Source: Candidatus Neomicrothrix sp.
GTDB taxonomy: Bacteria > Actinomycetota > Acidimicrobiia > Acidimicrobiales > Aldehydirespiratoraceae
DNA length: 60,255 nucleotides
Assembly: GCA_017852795.1 (NCBI GenBank)
Contig: JAFMKU010000003.1
Span: 13,731 to 73,985, forward strand
Direction: 5' to 3'
Shown: positions 36,205 through 45,880 of the stretch, one piece after another
Position numbering within the stretch: the stretch's first letter is position 1
How the letters are laid out: each line of letters begins with the position of its first letter
Translations under genes and position numbers: made by a program
The notes under the pieces: model-generated
Database searches by the model: none
What the model was told of the DNA's origin: nothing
The model's input: only the letters and a program-made list of their open reading frames with translations

Positions 36205-37148
36205 GCGTTCCGGTCAAGCTCGATGATGGCGTCGACGACCGCGTCGATCACCTCTTGTTCGTTGGCGTCGCGGAGCACAAGGGCGTTGGCCGTTGACGTT
36301 TCATGTCCATCGCGTCCGCCGATACGTTCATCCACCACTGTCATCCCCCGCGTGTGGGTACCGGCCAACTCTACTACGACCCGATGGTGGGTACCGGAGA
36401 ACAGTTCAGGAGCGACCGCAGCGATCACCGCGGAGGCGTCATGGATTGGTGCACCGTCGGTGCCCCGGATCGAACCGGCCCGTTCAAGCGCGTAGTCGAG
36501 CAGGTCGGCGGCCAGCGTGGCTGCCGTGCCGCCCGCGTCGCGCAACCGGTTGCGATCGTTGGTTCGCATCAGCACCCGGTGGGTGACATCGAGCCCCACC
36601 ATGGTGACCATCGGGAAATCTTCAAACACGATGGCGGCTGCTTCGGGATCGGCCCAGACATTGAACTCGGCGGTTGCGGTCACGTTGCCGACGTGGGCAC
36701 CACCGCCCATGATCGTGAACCCTCCGAGCCGGTCAGGCAACGTCGGATCCTGCCGGAGAGCCAACGCGATGTTGGTGAGCGGTCCGACCGCGATCAGGTG
36801 GAGGTCGTCGACGGTTCGAGCCATGTCCAAGATGAACCCCACGGCATCGTCAGAGGCGACGCTTCCGGTGACCTCCGGGATGGTGACGTTTCCCAAACCG
36901 GTAGGTCCATGCACATACGAGGCGTCCATGACCGGAGCGATTAGCGGGCGGGCCGCTCCCCGGTGCACCGGAATGTCCTGACCGGTGGCCTGCGCAATGG
37001 CGAGGGCGTTGTGGGTGGTGTGCTCGATCCCGATGTTGCCGTTGACGGTGGTGATGCCGATCAGGTTGCCGAGTTGGGCGGCAGCGAGAAGCGCAATGGC
37101 GTCGTCAAGGCCGGGATCGCAGTCGATGAGCAGAGTCGGGAGGGTCAT
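36201..37148 (-). CDS. Nucleoside hydrolase (inosine/uridine-preferring, IUNH family)
   Basis: N-terminal fingerprint LLIDCDPGLDDAIALL (DxDxxxDD), about 315 aa. Confidence 0.9.
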   Translation of the reverse strand: MTLPTLLIDCDPGLDDAIALLAAAQLGNLIGITTVNGNIGIEHTTHNALAIAQATGQDIPVHRGAARPLIAPVMDASYVHGPTGLGNVTIPEVTGSVASDDAVGFILDMARTVDDLHLIAVGPLTNIALALRQDPTLPDRLGGFTIMGGGAHVGNVTATAEFNVWADPEAAAIVFEDFPMVTMVGLDVTHRVLMRTNDRNRLRDAGGTAATLAADLLDYALERAGSIRGTDGAPIHDASAVIAAVAPELFSGTHHRVVVELAGTHTRGMTVVDERIGGRDGHETSTANALVLRDANEQEVIDAVVDAIIELDRNA

Positions 37149-37193
37149 AGCCAGAGGTTACGCCCCGCCGCGTGGCCCGTCGATTGCCAGGCG

Positions 37194-38111
37194 TTAGTCC
37201 AGCCGGGACGCTACTTCGGCGGGGGTGGGTAGCGAAGGCTGGGCCCCGGCGGACAAGGTGGTCGCAGCCCCAACCCGAACCGCCCAACGCGCGGAATCGA
37301 CCAGGTTCAACCCTCGGACGATCCCATCGGCGAGCGCCCCGCAGAACGAGTCGCCGGCCGCGGTGGTGTCAACCGGGGTGACGACCGGTGACGGCACATG
37401 CGTTGCGTCACCGTTTTCGATTACCAACGCGCCTTGGGCACCGAGCGTGACAACTACCGCCGAGCAGGGGAGTTGATGGGCGAGTGTCGCGGCACGGTCG
37501 AGATCCACCGGACCGTCGTATCCGGCCAACGTCGCCAGCTCCGTCTGGTTCGGGACTAAAACATCAACGGCAGCCAGCAGCGCAGCGGGGAGTGGTTCGA
37601 GGGGAGCCGGCGCCGGATTCAAAATGACGGTTCCCCCGGCCAGTGACGCCGCAGCCATCACCGCCTCGGTGGGAACTTCGAGTTGCAGCAGCGTGACCGT
37701 GGCTGAGGCCAGTACCGCAGCCGCAGCCTGCACGTCCTGACCGGTTACCCGAGCGTTTGCGCCGGGGCTCACCACGATGGCGTTGTCACCATCGGCGGCT
37801 ACTGCAATGAGTGCGACACCGTTGGCAACGCCGGCGGTGGTCAACAGATGCTCGGTGTCCACCCCGTCTTGTTCGAGGGCCTGGCGCAACAACTGTCCGC
37901 CTTCGTCGTCACCCAACCGGCCGATCATCGCCACCGTGCAGCCGAGCCGAGCCGCGGCTACCGCCTGGTTGGCGCCTTTCCCGCCCGGGATCCGTCGCAG
38001 ATCACCACCCATGACGGTTTCTCCCACCAACGGGATGGTTGTGACATCAACGACAAGGTCCAGGTTGGCGCTGCCGACCACGGCGACCTGAACCGCGGCG
38101 ACGGTGCTCAA
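37194..38111 (-). CDS. rbsK: Ribokinase (PfkB family)
   Basis: VVGSANLDLVV, GGKGANQAVAAARLG and the PfkB signature DTTAAGDSFCGAL. TTG start overlaps the stop of the upstream cNMP-binding gene (TTGA). Confidence 0.85.
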   Translation of the reverse strand: MSTVAAVQVAVVGSANLDLVVDVTTIPLVGETVMGGDLRRIPGGKGANQAVAAARLGCTVAMIGRLGDDEGGQLLRQALEQDGVDTEHLLTTAGVANGVALIAVAADGDNAIVVSPGANARVTGQDVQAAAAVLASATVTLLQLEVPTEAVMAAASLAGGTVILNPAPAPLEPLPAALLAAVDVLVPNQTELATLAGYDGPVDLDRAATLAHQLPCSAVVVTLGAQGALVIENGDATHVPSPVVTPVDTTAAGDSFCGALADGIVRGLNLVDSARWAVRVGAATTLSAGAQPSLPTPAEVASRLD

Positions 38112-38524
38112 CGAACGATTCCGTCCTCGATCTGGTGCAGTCGCTTCACTGCGCCGATCAAGATTTTGCGGGCGAGTTTCGGGCTGCGGTCAAGCAGCGA
38201 GGTGAACTCACGTCGGTTCAGCGCCTCAATCACCATCGGGGTTTCGGCGGTAACGGTCGCCGTCCGGGGCACCCCAGCGATCACAGCCAACTCGCCGAAA
38301 AAGTCACCGGGCCCGAGGTTGGCGACGAGTCGACCGTTTCGCCGCACCGAAGCCCGCCCTTCCACAACGATCATAAATTCGCGACCGACCTGCCCCTGAA
38401 CGGTCAATTCTTTTCCGGCCGGCACGTTCAGTCGGGTCAGGAAACGGCTGACCTCCTTGAGTTCTTTGGCGCTGAGTTCAGAAAACAACTCGATCTGGCC
38501 GAGAGAAACGCTGGGTTCAGTCAT
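38108..38524 (-). CDS. Stand-alone cyclic-nucleotide-binding domain protein (no HTH or other output domain)
   Basis: 138 aa with the canonical phosphate-binding cassette FFGELAVIAGVPRTATVTA. Strong RBS AAGGAG. Confidence 0.8.
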   Translation of the reverse strand: MTEPSVSLGQIELFSELSAKELKEVSRFLTRLNVPAGKELTVQGQVGREFMIVVEGRASVRRNGRLVANLGPGDFFGELAVIAGVPRTATVTAETPMVIEALNRREFTSLLDRSPKLARKILIGAVKRLHQIEDGIVR

Positions 38525-38556
38525 GGCAACTCCTTAGGTAGACAGGTGACAGAAGG

Positions 38557-39516
38557 TTAAAAAACAGCAACCGGGCTGACCGGCGATCCGCAGCCACCGA
38601 CGAACGGTTCGGGGTTCGCGGCAAGAAAGAACTCGTAGCGGGACTCTTCAGCGCACACCGTTGAGAGCGCTTCGAGATCCCAGTTCTGACCTTGAGTGAG
38701 GCCCATGTCCACGACGTGGATGCAGTGCACGGCCAGCATGTTCTCCGGGTCCGGTCCAGGAAACAGTTCGAAGATGTAGTTGTCGGTGGCCACAGCCGCC
38801 ACGTTGTTGCGGTGGAACCAGCGGGCCGCTTCGATGCCGGGGCCGGGCGAGGCAGCGTCTCCAGTAGGGCCCATCACGTACTGGAGGCCCCCACCGGAAC
38901 GAAACGAACGCATCCGGCCGGTGCGGATCAACACGATGTCGCCGCTGCGGATGTCTACGCCAGCCCATTCGGCGGTGGCGTCGAGCACGTCGCTGGTGAT
39001 CTCCCAAGCCCCTTCGAGCTCGTCAACCCCGTTGGCTGCGGCGACGTCGAGCAACACCCCGCGACCGACCAGTGTGCGGACGTGTTCGATCCCTAGCACG
39101 GTTGCTCCGTCGCGGGCGGTGATCGACGAGGTCGGAACACCGTTGTAGAGCTGATGCCCGTAGCTGACATGGGAAAGGCCATCCCAATGAGTGGCCGCTT
39201 GGAGACCCATCACCACATGGTCGTCGCTGAAATGCGGAACCATGGCGTCGTTGTTGGGGTCACCCAGATCCGGGTTGTCGATGTAGTTCATCGACCGGAT
39301 TGGATTGATCCGGCCCGGGATCTGGCCGATCTGCACGCCGTTTGGGGCGAGTTCTAGAGCGCAACTCACTCGACGACCAGAAACGATGGTTGCCGCCCCG
39401 CCGGCGACCGCTTCGTCGGTCAGCAGGTTGAGGGTGCCGAGACGGTCGTCGTCACCCCATCGACCCCAGTTACGGACCTCGGAAGCGACCTCATGGAAAT
39501 ACTGGTTGAAAGACAT
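38557..39516 (-). CDS. Putative-cyclase family protein (kynurenine-formamidase-like metal hydrolase fold)
   Basis: LGTLNLL N-terminal block and a His-rich metal motif QAATHWDGLSH. ATG 39516 avoids overlap with the upstream gene (TTG 39555 is the alternative). Confidence 0.7.
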   Translation of the reverse strand: MSFNQYFHEVASEVRNWGRWGDDDRLGTLNLLTDEAVAGGAATIVSGRRVSCALELAPNGVQIGQIPGRINPIRSMNYIDNPDLGDPNNDAMVPHFSDDHVVMGLQAATHWDGLSHVSYGHQLYNGVPTSSITARDGATVLGIEHVRTLVGRGVLLDVAAANGVDELEGAWEITSDVLDATAEWAGVDIRSGDIVLIRTGRMRSFRSGGGLQYVMGPTGDAASPGPGIEAARWFHRNNVAAVATDNYIFELFPGPDPENMLAVHCIHVVDMGLTQGQNWDLEALSTVCAEESRYEFFLAANPEPFVGGCGSPVSPVAVF

Positions 39517-39529
39517 CGGACGTAGGTTT

Positions 39530-40477
39530 TCAGTACCGGGCGTCAATGTCCACAAGACCCGCCAACTCTTTTCCTTCTCGCCAGCGCAGGTAGTTGGCCC
39601 GGAAGGTTTCGATCATCGCCGGGTAGGCCTGCGGCCCGACCCAGGAAGTGTGCGGGGACAAAAAAACGTTTGGGTGGTCGTACATCCAATGCCCGGCCGG
39701 AAGCGGTTCAGGAGTGCACACATCGAGCGAGGCGCGCGCCACGGTGCCGTCCAAAGCCTGTCGTAACGCATCCTGATCAACCAACGACCCGCGGGCGATG
39801 TTGACGAAATGCACTCCGGGTTTCATCAGCGCAAACATGGCCTGGTCGAACATGCCTTCGGTTTCGGGAGTGGCCGGTGCGGCAACCACCACATGGTCGG
39901 CGTCTCCGATCACCGATGCCAGGTCACGAACCACGGTCATGTCGGCCAACGGTGCTTCGGTCCCGGTCCGGCGCACACCAATCACCCGCATCCCCAAGGT
40001 CAGCGACAGCCGGGCGACTTCGGTGCCGATTCCGCCCATCCCGACAATCACCACGGTGGCGCCACGAAGGCTGCCCACCCGCGGGTCGGCGGCGTTCCAG
40101 TTCGCTGGTGGTTCGGAAAGCATGACCTGCGGGAACCCTTTGGCAAACGCCAGCATCTGGGCGAAAACCCATTCACCGATCATGTCGCCACTGACCCCGC
40201 GTGAGCAGGTCAGGGTTTGCCCACTCAACGCTTCGAACGGGAACGCATCGACTCCGGTGCCGATGGTGTGAACCCAGCGGGCCCCGCGAGCCAGCAACTC
40301 AGAGAGGTTGGGGCCCCCGTCGGTACGGGTGAGCACCACGTCACCGCGCACATCGTCGGCGATGGCTCCCTGGCGAGGACAGTCAAGAATCTCGATCCCG
40401 GGCCAGTCCTGCATCGAGGGGGGCAACGGAAATCCTGAATGGTTGACGACGACAGTCTTTGCTTCTTGATCGACCAT
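39530..40477 (-). CDS. D-isomer-specific 2-hydroxyacid dehydrogenase family protein
   Basis: NAD fold VVIVGMGGIGTEVARL and catalytic-region LSPHTSW. ATG 40477 is preferred over the longer ORF. Confidence 0.8.
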   Translation of the reverse strand: MVDQEAKTVVVNHSGFPLPPSMQDWPGIEILDCPRQGAIADDVRGDVVLTRTDGGPNLSELLARGARWVHTIGTGVDAFPFEALSGQTLTCSRGVSGDMIGEWVFAQMLAFAKGFPQVMLSEPPANWNAADPRVGSLRGATVVIVGMGGIGTEVARLSLTLGMRVIGVRRTGTEAPLADMTVVRDLASVIGDADHVVVAAPATPETEGMFDQAMFALMKPGVHFVNIARGSLVDQDALRQALDGTVARASLDVCTPEPLPAGHWMYDHPNVFLSPHTSWVGPQAYPAMIETFRANYLRWREGKELAGLVDIDARY

Positions 40478-40498
40478 GGGTCGAGACGCTAGCCGTTT

Positions 40499-40516
40499 CA
40501 ATCGGTGAGTCGATTG
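40499..40516. promoter_or_regulatory. Inverted repeat CAATCG-N6-CGATTG between the divergent TetR and dehydrogenase genes (candidate TetR operator)
   Basis: Perfect 6-bp arms, 34 nt upstream of the TetR ATG at 40550. Confidence 0.35.
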
Positions 40517-40549
40517 GCAATCTCGCTGATGGTCGTCAACACTCCCTTC

Positions 40550-41140
40550 ATGGCGACCGAACCATCCCAACTCTCAAACTCGCAGCGGGCTCGTCGCATC
40601 CGGATCGTCGAAACGGCGATGCGGTTGGCTGGCGAAGGCGGTTACGACGCAGTTCAGATGCGTACCGTGGCCGAACAGTCGGGGGTGGCGCTAGGGACGA
40701 TCTATCGGTACTTCGCGGGTAAAGACGAAGTGCTGTTAGCTGGACTGGTCGGCTGGTTGCGCCTGAGCCAGCAGCGGCTCAGCACCGACCCGTTGCCGGG
40801 AGGAGATCCGGCCGAACGACTCGCGGTGTTGCTGGAGCGCTCGGCGACGACCGCGGTGCAGCGACCTCGGTTGATGGGGGCGTTGGTCACGGCGCTGGGA
40901 ACCACGTCGCCGTTGGCGGTGGACCCCAAACGGCTGGTGGAACAAGAACTACGGGAAATCATCACGACCGCTCTCGGCGTTGACAGCGGAGTTGACAGCG
41001 AAGGCATCGCCCGAGTGTTAGGTCACGTCTGGTTGTCGTCGCTGACTCGTTGGGTGAGCGGGATGGCCCCGGCCGAAAGCGTTGGTGCCGAACTCCAACA
41101 CGCAGCGAAGATGATGGTCAGCGCGATGGTGCGAGCCTGA
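40550..41140 (+). CDS. TetR/AcrR-family transcriptional regulator
   Basis: HTH region IVETAMRLAGEGGYDAVQMRTVAEQSGVALGTIYRYF, about 196 aa. Confidence 0.85.
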   Translation: MATEPSQLSNSQRARRIRIVETAMRLAGEGGYDAVQMRTVAEQSGVALGTIYRYFAGKDEVLLAGLVGWLRLSQQRLSTDPLPGGDPAERLAVLLERSATTAVQRPRLMGALVTALGTTSPLAVDPKRLVEQELREIITTALGVDSGVDSEGIARVLGHVWLSSLTRWVSGMAPAESVGAELQHAAKMMVSAMVRA

Positions 41141-41209
41141 GCGGGTACTTGGCCGCGCGCCAAGCAGGTGTCGTCCGGCTACAGTCCGATCAGATCAAGG
41201 AGAGGTTCA

Positions 41210-42133
41210 ATGACCGGGTATCTCGAAGGTAAAAACATCGCCATCACCGGCGCCGGATCGGGGATCGGGAAAGCCATCGCTTTGGCCTGCGCCCGTGAAG
41301 GTGCCAACATCGTCGTCGCCGATTACGGCGTGGCGATGGATGGAAGCGACCCGACCAGCGAGGTCGCCGACGCGGTCGTCGCTGAGATCACCGCTGAGGG
41401 CGGTTCGGCGCTGGCCATCGCCGGTGATATCTCACAGTTCGACGTGGGCGAACAGGTGGTCGCCGCGGCCTGTGACACCTGGGGTTCGATCGACGGCGTG
41501 GTCTGCCCGGCTGGTGTGCTTAGGGAACGCATGCTGTTCAACATGAGCGAAGACGAATGGGACCATGTCATTGCGGTGCATCTCAAAGGTCATTTCAATG
41601 TGTACCGGGCCGCGTTCGCCAGGATGCGCAAGCAGGAAACCGGTGGTTCGCTGATCGGGTTTACCTCGGGCGCGTTCACGGCTTCCACCGCTCAAGCCAA
41701 CTATTCGGCAGCCAAGGGAGGCATCGTCAGCCTCACCCGGTCGGCGGCGTTGACCGCCGCAGCCATCCGACTCCGGGGCGGTCCCGCCATCAACGCCAAC
41801 TGCATCGCGCCAGTGGCCCGCACCCGCATGAGCGAAAACGTGCCGTTCGAGATTGAGACCGGTGACCCCGAAGACATCGCCCCAATGGCGATCTACCTGA
41901 TGAGCGACGCCGGTCGGGATGTCAACGCCCAGATCTACACGGTGGTCGGACGGCGAATCTCGGTCTGGAACCAGCCGGTTGAGGTGCGCACCATGATGGC
42001 CGACGGTGATCGTTGGACCCCAGAACAGATTGCTGCCGAGCTTCCCTCCAGTGTCGGTCAAGAACCGAACCCGTTCATTGCTGATCTTGAGCGACGGATG
42101 GCGGAGATGGCCGAAGGCAAGGACGAAAACTGA
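41210..42133 (+). CDS. SDR-family oxidoreductase with C-terminal extension (resembles the dehydrogenase domain of MFE-2/HSD17B4-type (3R)-hydroxyacyl-CoA dehydrogenases)
   Basis: RBS AAGGAGA before ATG 41210. TGAGSGIGKA cofactor motif. YSAAK catalytic motif. About 50-aa C-terminal tail. Confidence 0.8.
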   Translation: MTGYLEGKNIAITGAGSGIGKAIALACAREGANIVVADYGVAMDGSDPTSEVADAVVAEITAEGGSALAIAGDISQFDVGEQVVAAACDTWGSIDGVVCPAGVLRERMLFNMSEDEWDHVIAVHLKGHFNVYRAAFARMRKQETGGSLIGFTSGAFTASTAQANYSAAKGGIVSLTRSAALTAAAIRLRGGPAINANCIAPVARTRMSENVPFEIETGDPEDIAPMAIYLMSDAGRDVNAQIYTVVGRRISVWNQPVEVRTMMADGDRWTPEQIAAELPSSVGQEPNPFIADLERRMAEMAEGKDEN

Positions 42134-42909
42134 TGACCCCAACCCCGCCTCCCGGTCGGGCCCTTTTGGAGGGAAAGCGGGTGGTGGTCACCGCAGCAGC
42201 CGGTACCGGGATTGGTTCCTCGGTCGCGGAGCGGTCCCTGTTAGAGGGGGCCACGGTGCTGATTTCAGACATTCATGATCGCCGCCTCGCTGAAACAGCA
42301 GACCGGTTGGCCGAGTCGACCGGTCGCCGTCCCGCCACCGCAGTGTGCAACGTCACCGTCGAAGACGACGTGCAGGCGCTGGTGGCCAGCGCCGTTGAAC
42401 AGCTCGGCGGTATCGACGTCATGGTCAACAATGCCGGTCTCGGTGGGGCGACCAAACTGGTGGACATGACCGACGAACAGTGGTCGTCGGTGCTTGGCGT
42501 AACCCTCGACGGCACCATGCGCTGCACCCGAGCGGTCCTGCGCCACATGATCGACACCGGCACCGCCGGCACGATCGTGAACAACGCTTCGGTGGTGGGC
42601 TGGCGAGCGCAAGCTGAGCAATGCCACTATGCCGCGGCCAAAGCCGGGGTGATGGCGCTGACCCGCTGTTCGGCGATTGAAGCGGCCGAGTATGGGATTC
42701 GGGTCAACGCGGTTGCTCCAAGCATCGCCATGCATCCCTTCCTCGCCAAGGTGAGCGACCCGCAGTTCCTTGATGGACTGGCTGCTCAGGAGGCGTTTGG
42801 CCGAGCCGCGGAACCGTGGGAAGTCGCGAACGTGATCGTCTTTCTCGCCAGCGACCTTTCGAGTTACATGACCGGAGAGGTGCTATCGGTCAGTTCGCAG
42901 CACCCTTAG
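42133..42909 (+). CDS. SDR-family oxidoreductase (FabG-like)
   Basis: TAAAGTGIGSS, NNAG and YAAAK motifs. 1-nt overlap (TGATG) with the preceding SDR gene. Confidence 0.85.
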   Translation: MTPTPPPGRALLEGKRVVVTAAAGTGIGSSVAERSLLEGATVLISDIHDRRLAETADRLAESTGRRPATAVCNVTVEDDVQALVASAVEQLGGIDVMVNNAGLGGATKLVDMTDEQWSSVLGVTLDGTMRCTRAVLRHMIDTGTAGTIVNNASVVGWRAQAEQCHYAAAKAGVMALTRCSAIEAAEYGIRVNAVAPSIAMHPFLAKVSDPQFLDGLAAQEAFGRAAEPWEVANVIVFLASDLSSYMTGEVLSVSSQHP

Positions 42910-43070
42910 GCCATCCGATTCGGCGAAATCCGGCAGAACCGGCCATGATGTCGAAATCGCCGGAATCGTTTCCGTTTACCGTGCGAGCCTGCTAGACCAT
43001 GTGGCGCGAGTCACATCGCAAACCAATGCTTGAGCCAGTGGGCCCGAGCTTCCATATCCCTGGGGGAAAT

Positions 43071-44795
43071 ATGTCATATCGAATGTCTCGAAAGGCCTTG
43101 GCGAAGCTGCTGGCATCGCTCTTGGCCTTCACGCTGATCGCCGCGGCCTGCGGCGGTGGTGATAGCGACACGGCGGTCGATGAACCGACCGACAGCGTCG
43201 CCGAAGGTGACGGCGATGCGGTTGTTCCGACCGTGAGCCTTGCCGAGGAAGAAGAGGTTGAGGAAACCCCGGTTGTCGGCGGCACCCTGCGAGTCGCGAC
43301 CGAAGCTGACGGCGACGGCCTCAATCCGGTGTCGAACAACTTCGCGGTATCGGCCTACCTGATGGCGAACCCGATCTTCGACCCGCTGTTCGCCTACGAC
43401 GAGAACGGTGAATGGATTCCCTACCTCGCCGAGTCGGCAACACCGGTTGAAGGCACCAACTCTTGGCAGATCAAGCTCCGCGAAGGCGTCCTGTTCCATG
43501 ACGGTTCCACCATGGATGCCGACGACGTCATCGCCGCTTTCGAAGGCACGCTGGCCGATCCGCTGATTTCGTTGGCGGTTGCCCCGTCGTATCCGGCCGA
43601 GAACCGGATCGAAAAGATCGACGATCTGACCGTTCAGTACAACCTGATCCGTCAGAGCGCGCACTTCCCGGTCAACCTGACCAGCCAGCTCGGCATGATC
43701 CCGTCCGCGGAGTTCATCGCGGCGGCGGCTGCCGACCCGGCGCTCAATCAGGCTCCCATCGGTCAGGGACCGTTCAAGCTTGCGAGTCGTACTCAGGACG
43801 ACAAGACGCTGGTTGAACGTTTCGACGACTACTGGCAGGGCACCGACATGATCTACCTCGATGCCATTGAGTTCTCTGTGGTCACCGACACGGCGCTGGC
43901 CGCTGAGCGGGTCAACGCCGGCGACCTCGACCTGGTCATCACCTCGAACCCTGACGCCATCTTGACGCTGCGCAGCGCCGAGAACGTCAACACCATCGAG
44001 AACCTGCTTTCGGGTGAGAACGACATCATGATGAACACTCGTGCCGCGCCGTTCGACGACATTCGTGCCCGTCAAGCGCTGACCTACGCCACCGACCGTG
44101 ATGCGTACGCCAGCCTGATCGCGCAGGGAACCTCGCCGCTGGCCGACTCGATGTTCCACCCCGACCTCATCTGGAACAACCCCGATGTCGTCCAGGAATC
44201 GAACCAGCCCGAAAAGGCCGGCCCGTTGGTCGAGGCTTACTGTGCCGACTTCCCCGAAAACTGCACCGATGGCAAGATCGACATGGAGCTGCAGTACTCG
44301 GGTCCGTCGGTCGTTCAGACCCGTATCGCCGACCTGCTCACCCAGAACTGGGAAGACTTCTTCAATGTGACCGAGCAGGAACTGCTCCAGGACTCGCACA
44401 TTCTTGAAGTTGCGATCGGTCAGTACGACGTTGTGACTTGGCGTCAGTTCGGTGCGGTCGACCCCGACAACGAAGTTGTCTGGCTCGAATGTGCCACCGC
44501 AGAAGGCGCCATCGCCCTCAACTGGGTGCGAGTCTGTGACGAAGATCGCGACGCGCTGCTTTACGCTCAGCGAGCCACGACCGATCTGGACGAGCGGGTT
44601 GCCGCATGGCGAGAAATTCAGGCCAGCATCAACGCCACCTACTCGTACATCTTCACCACCCACGCCAACTGGACCGTCGGTTATGGACCTCAGGTCCGCA
44701 ACGTCTGTGGCCAGCAGGGACCGGCCGGTGAAACGTTGTTCTGCAACAACCAAGGCCGTCAGTACTTCCACAACATCTGGTTGTCTGAAGGCTGA
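43071..44795 (+). CDS. ABC transporter substrate-binding lipoprotein, family 5 (peptide/nickel/opine type)
   Basis: ATG 43071 after GGGGGAA. Lipobox LIAAAC. About 570 aa, with family-5 SBP features. Confidence 0.85.
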   Translation: MSYRMSRKALAKLLASLLAFTLIAAACGGGDSDTAVDEPTDSVAEGDGDAVVPTVSLAEEEEVEETPVVGGTLRVATEADGDGLNPVSNNFAVSAYLMANPIFDPLFAYDENGEWIPYLAESATPVEGTNSWQIKLREGVLFHDGSTMDADDVIAAFEGTLADPLISLAVAPSYPAENRIEKIDDLTVQYNLIRQSAHFPVNLTSQLGMIPSAEFIAAAAADPALNQAPIGQGPFKLASRTQDDKTLVERFDDYWQGTDMIYLDAIEFSVVTDTALAAERVNAGDLDLVITSNPDAILTLRSAENVNTIENLLSGENDIMMNTRAAPFDDIRARQALTYATDRDAYASLIAQGTSPLADSMFHPDLIWNNPDVVQESNQPEKAGPLVEAYCADFPENCTDGKIDMELQYSGPSVVQTRIADLLTQNWEDFFNVTEQELLQDSHILEVAIGQYDVVTWRQFGAVDPDNEVVWLECATAEGAIALNWVRVCDEDRDALLYAQRATTDLDERVAAWREIQASINATYSYIFTTHANWTVGYGPQVRNVCGQQGPAGETLFCNNQGRQYFHNIWLSEG

Positions 44796-44875
44796 GCTCG
44801 TAACTGAGCTTCACCACAATCCATTCTGAGTAAAAAGTCACCGTCAGTTGAACAGGTTTCTGGAGTAGACCACCA

Positions 44876-45880
44876 ATGGCAAAGTTCCTATTGCGTCGTG
44901 TGGTCCAGCTGGTAGCTGTTCTTCTGGCGGTGACTTTTCTCGCCTTCTCCGCCCTCAACTTCCTCGGTGACCCGTTGGTCAACGTGGTAGGGCCGTTGGC
45001 CGCGATACCGGACTGTGATCTGGTCGAGGCCGGGCTTCGTGAGGACACGTTTAGTACCGCGGGAAACATCGGCGACTGCGAAGTGGTCAGCCGAGCCCGC
45101 GCCCAGTACAACCTCGACAAATCAGTTCCGGAACGCTACGTCCGGTGGGTCGGCGATCTGCTGACCGGAGATTTAGGAAGTTCGTTCCAGACCGGGTTGC
45201 CGGTGAGCGAGATCGTTCGCGAAAAGATGCCCAAGTCGCTGCTGCTGATGGTGATGGCCGAAATCGTGGCGCTGGCCATCGCAATCCCGGTCGGGGTTCT
45301 GGCCGCGTACCGGGCGGGCCGCCGACTAGACCGGGTGACCTCGGTGGGGTCGTTTGGGCTGCTTTCGGTACCGAACTTCGCGTTGGGTGTCATCTTGTTG
45401 CAGGTGTTTGCCCTCCGCAATCGCCTCTTACCGGCGTCGTTTGATGACAGCACGCTCTGGACCCGACTGCATTCGTTGCTGCTGCCATCGATCGTGCTTG
45501 GACTCGGAATCGCCGCCTCCTACCAGCGACTGCTTCGCACCGACCTGCTGACCACGCTGCAGGAAGATTTCGTCAACATGGCCCGAGCCAAAGGCATGCC
45601 AGACCGTCACGTCATGGTCCGCCACGCCCTCCGGCCATCACTGTTTTCCTTGATCACGCTGTTCGGGTTGAACACCGGAGCGTTGATCGGCGGTTCGCTC
45701 GTCGTGGAGCGGATCTTCAGCATTCCCGGGATTGGCTCAGAGATCGTCACCGCGGTGATCCGCGACGACTTCCCGGTGGTGCTGGGAGCGGTTGTCGTGA
45801 TCGCCACCGGCTTCGTGGTGATCAACTTCCTCGTTGACCTGCTCTATACCTGGCTCGATCCAAGGGTGCGTGTTTCGTGA
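44876..45880 (+). CDS. ABC transporter permease (DppB/OppB-like)
   Basis: 6-TM BPD-transporter fold with the EAA-loop region (FVNMARAKGMPDRHVMVRHALRPS). Confidence 0.9.
   Translation: MAKFLLRRVVQLVAVLLAVTFLAFSALNFLGDPLVNVVGPLAAIPDCDLVEAGLREDTFSTAGNIGDCEVVSRARAQYNLDKSVPERYVRWVGDLLTGDLGSSFQTGLPVSEIVREKMPKSLLLMVMAEIVALAIAIPVGVLAAYRAGRRLDRVTSVGSFGLLSVPNFALGVILLQVFALRNRLLPASFDDSTLWTRLHSLLLPSIVLGLGIAASYQRLLRTDLLTTLQEDFVNMARAKGMPDRHVMVRHALRPSLFSLITLFGLNTGALIGGSLVVERIFSIPGIGSEIVTAVIRDDFPVVLGAVVVIATGFVVINFLVDLLYTWLDPRVRVS

Noticed and set aside
38557-39516. Reading the cyclase-family protein as a nucleotide cyclase feeding the adjacent cNMP-binding protein
   Set aside because: The motif pattern (HWDGLSH) matches the putative-cyclase/kynurenine-formamidase metal-hydrolase fold, not class III adenylate/guanylate cyclases. 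Any link to cNMP synthesis would be name-based only.
43074-44771. 565-aa minus-strand ORF antisense to the ABC substrate-binding protein gene
   Set aside because: Shadow ORF. The plus-strand product has a lipobox and SBP features and heads a five-gene ABC operon.
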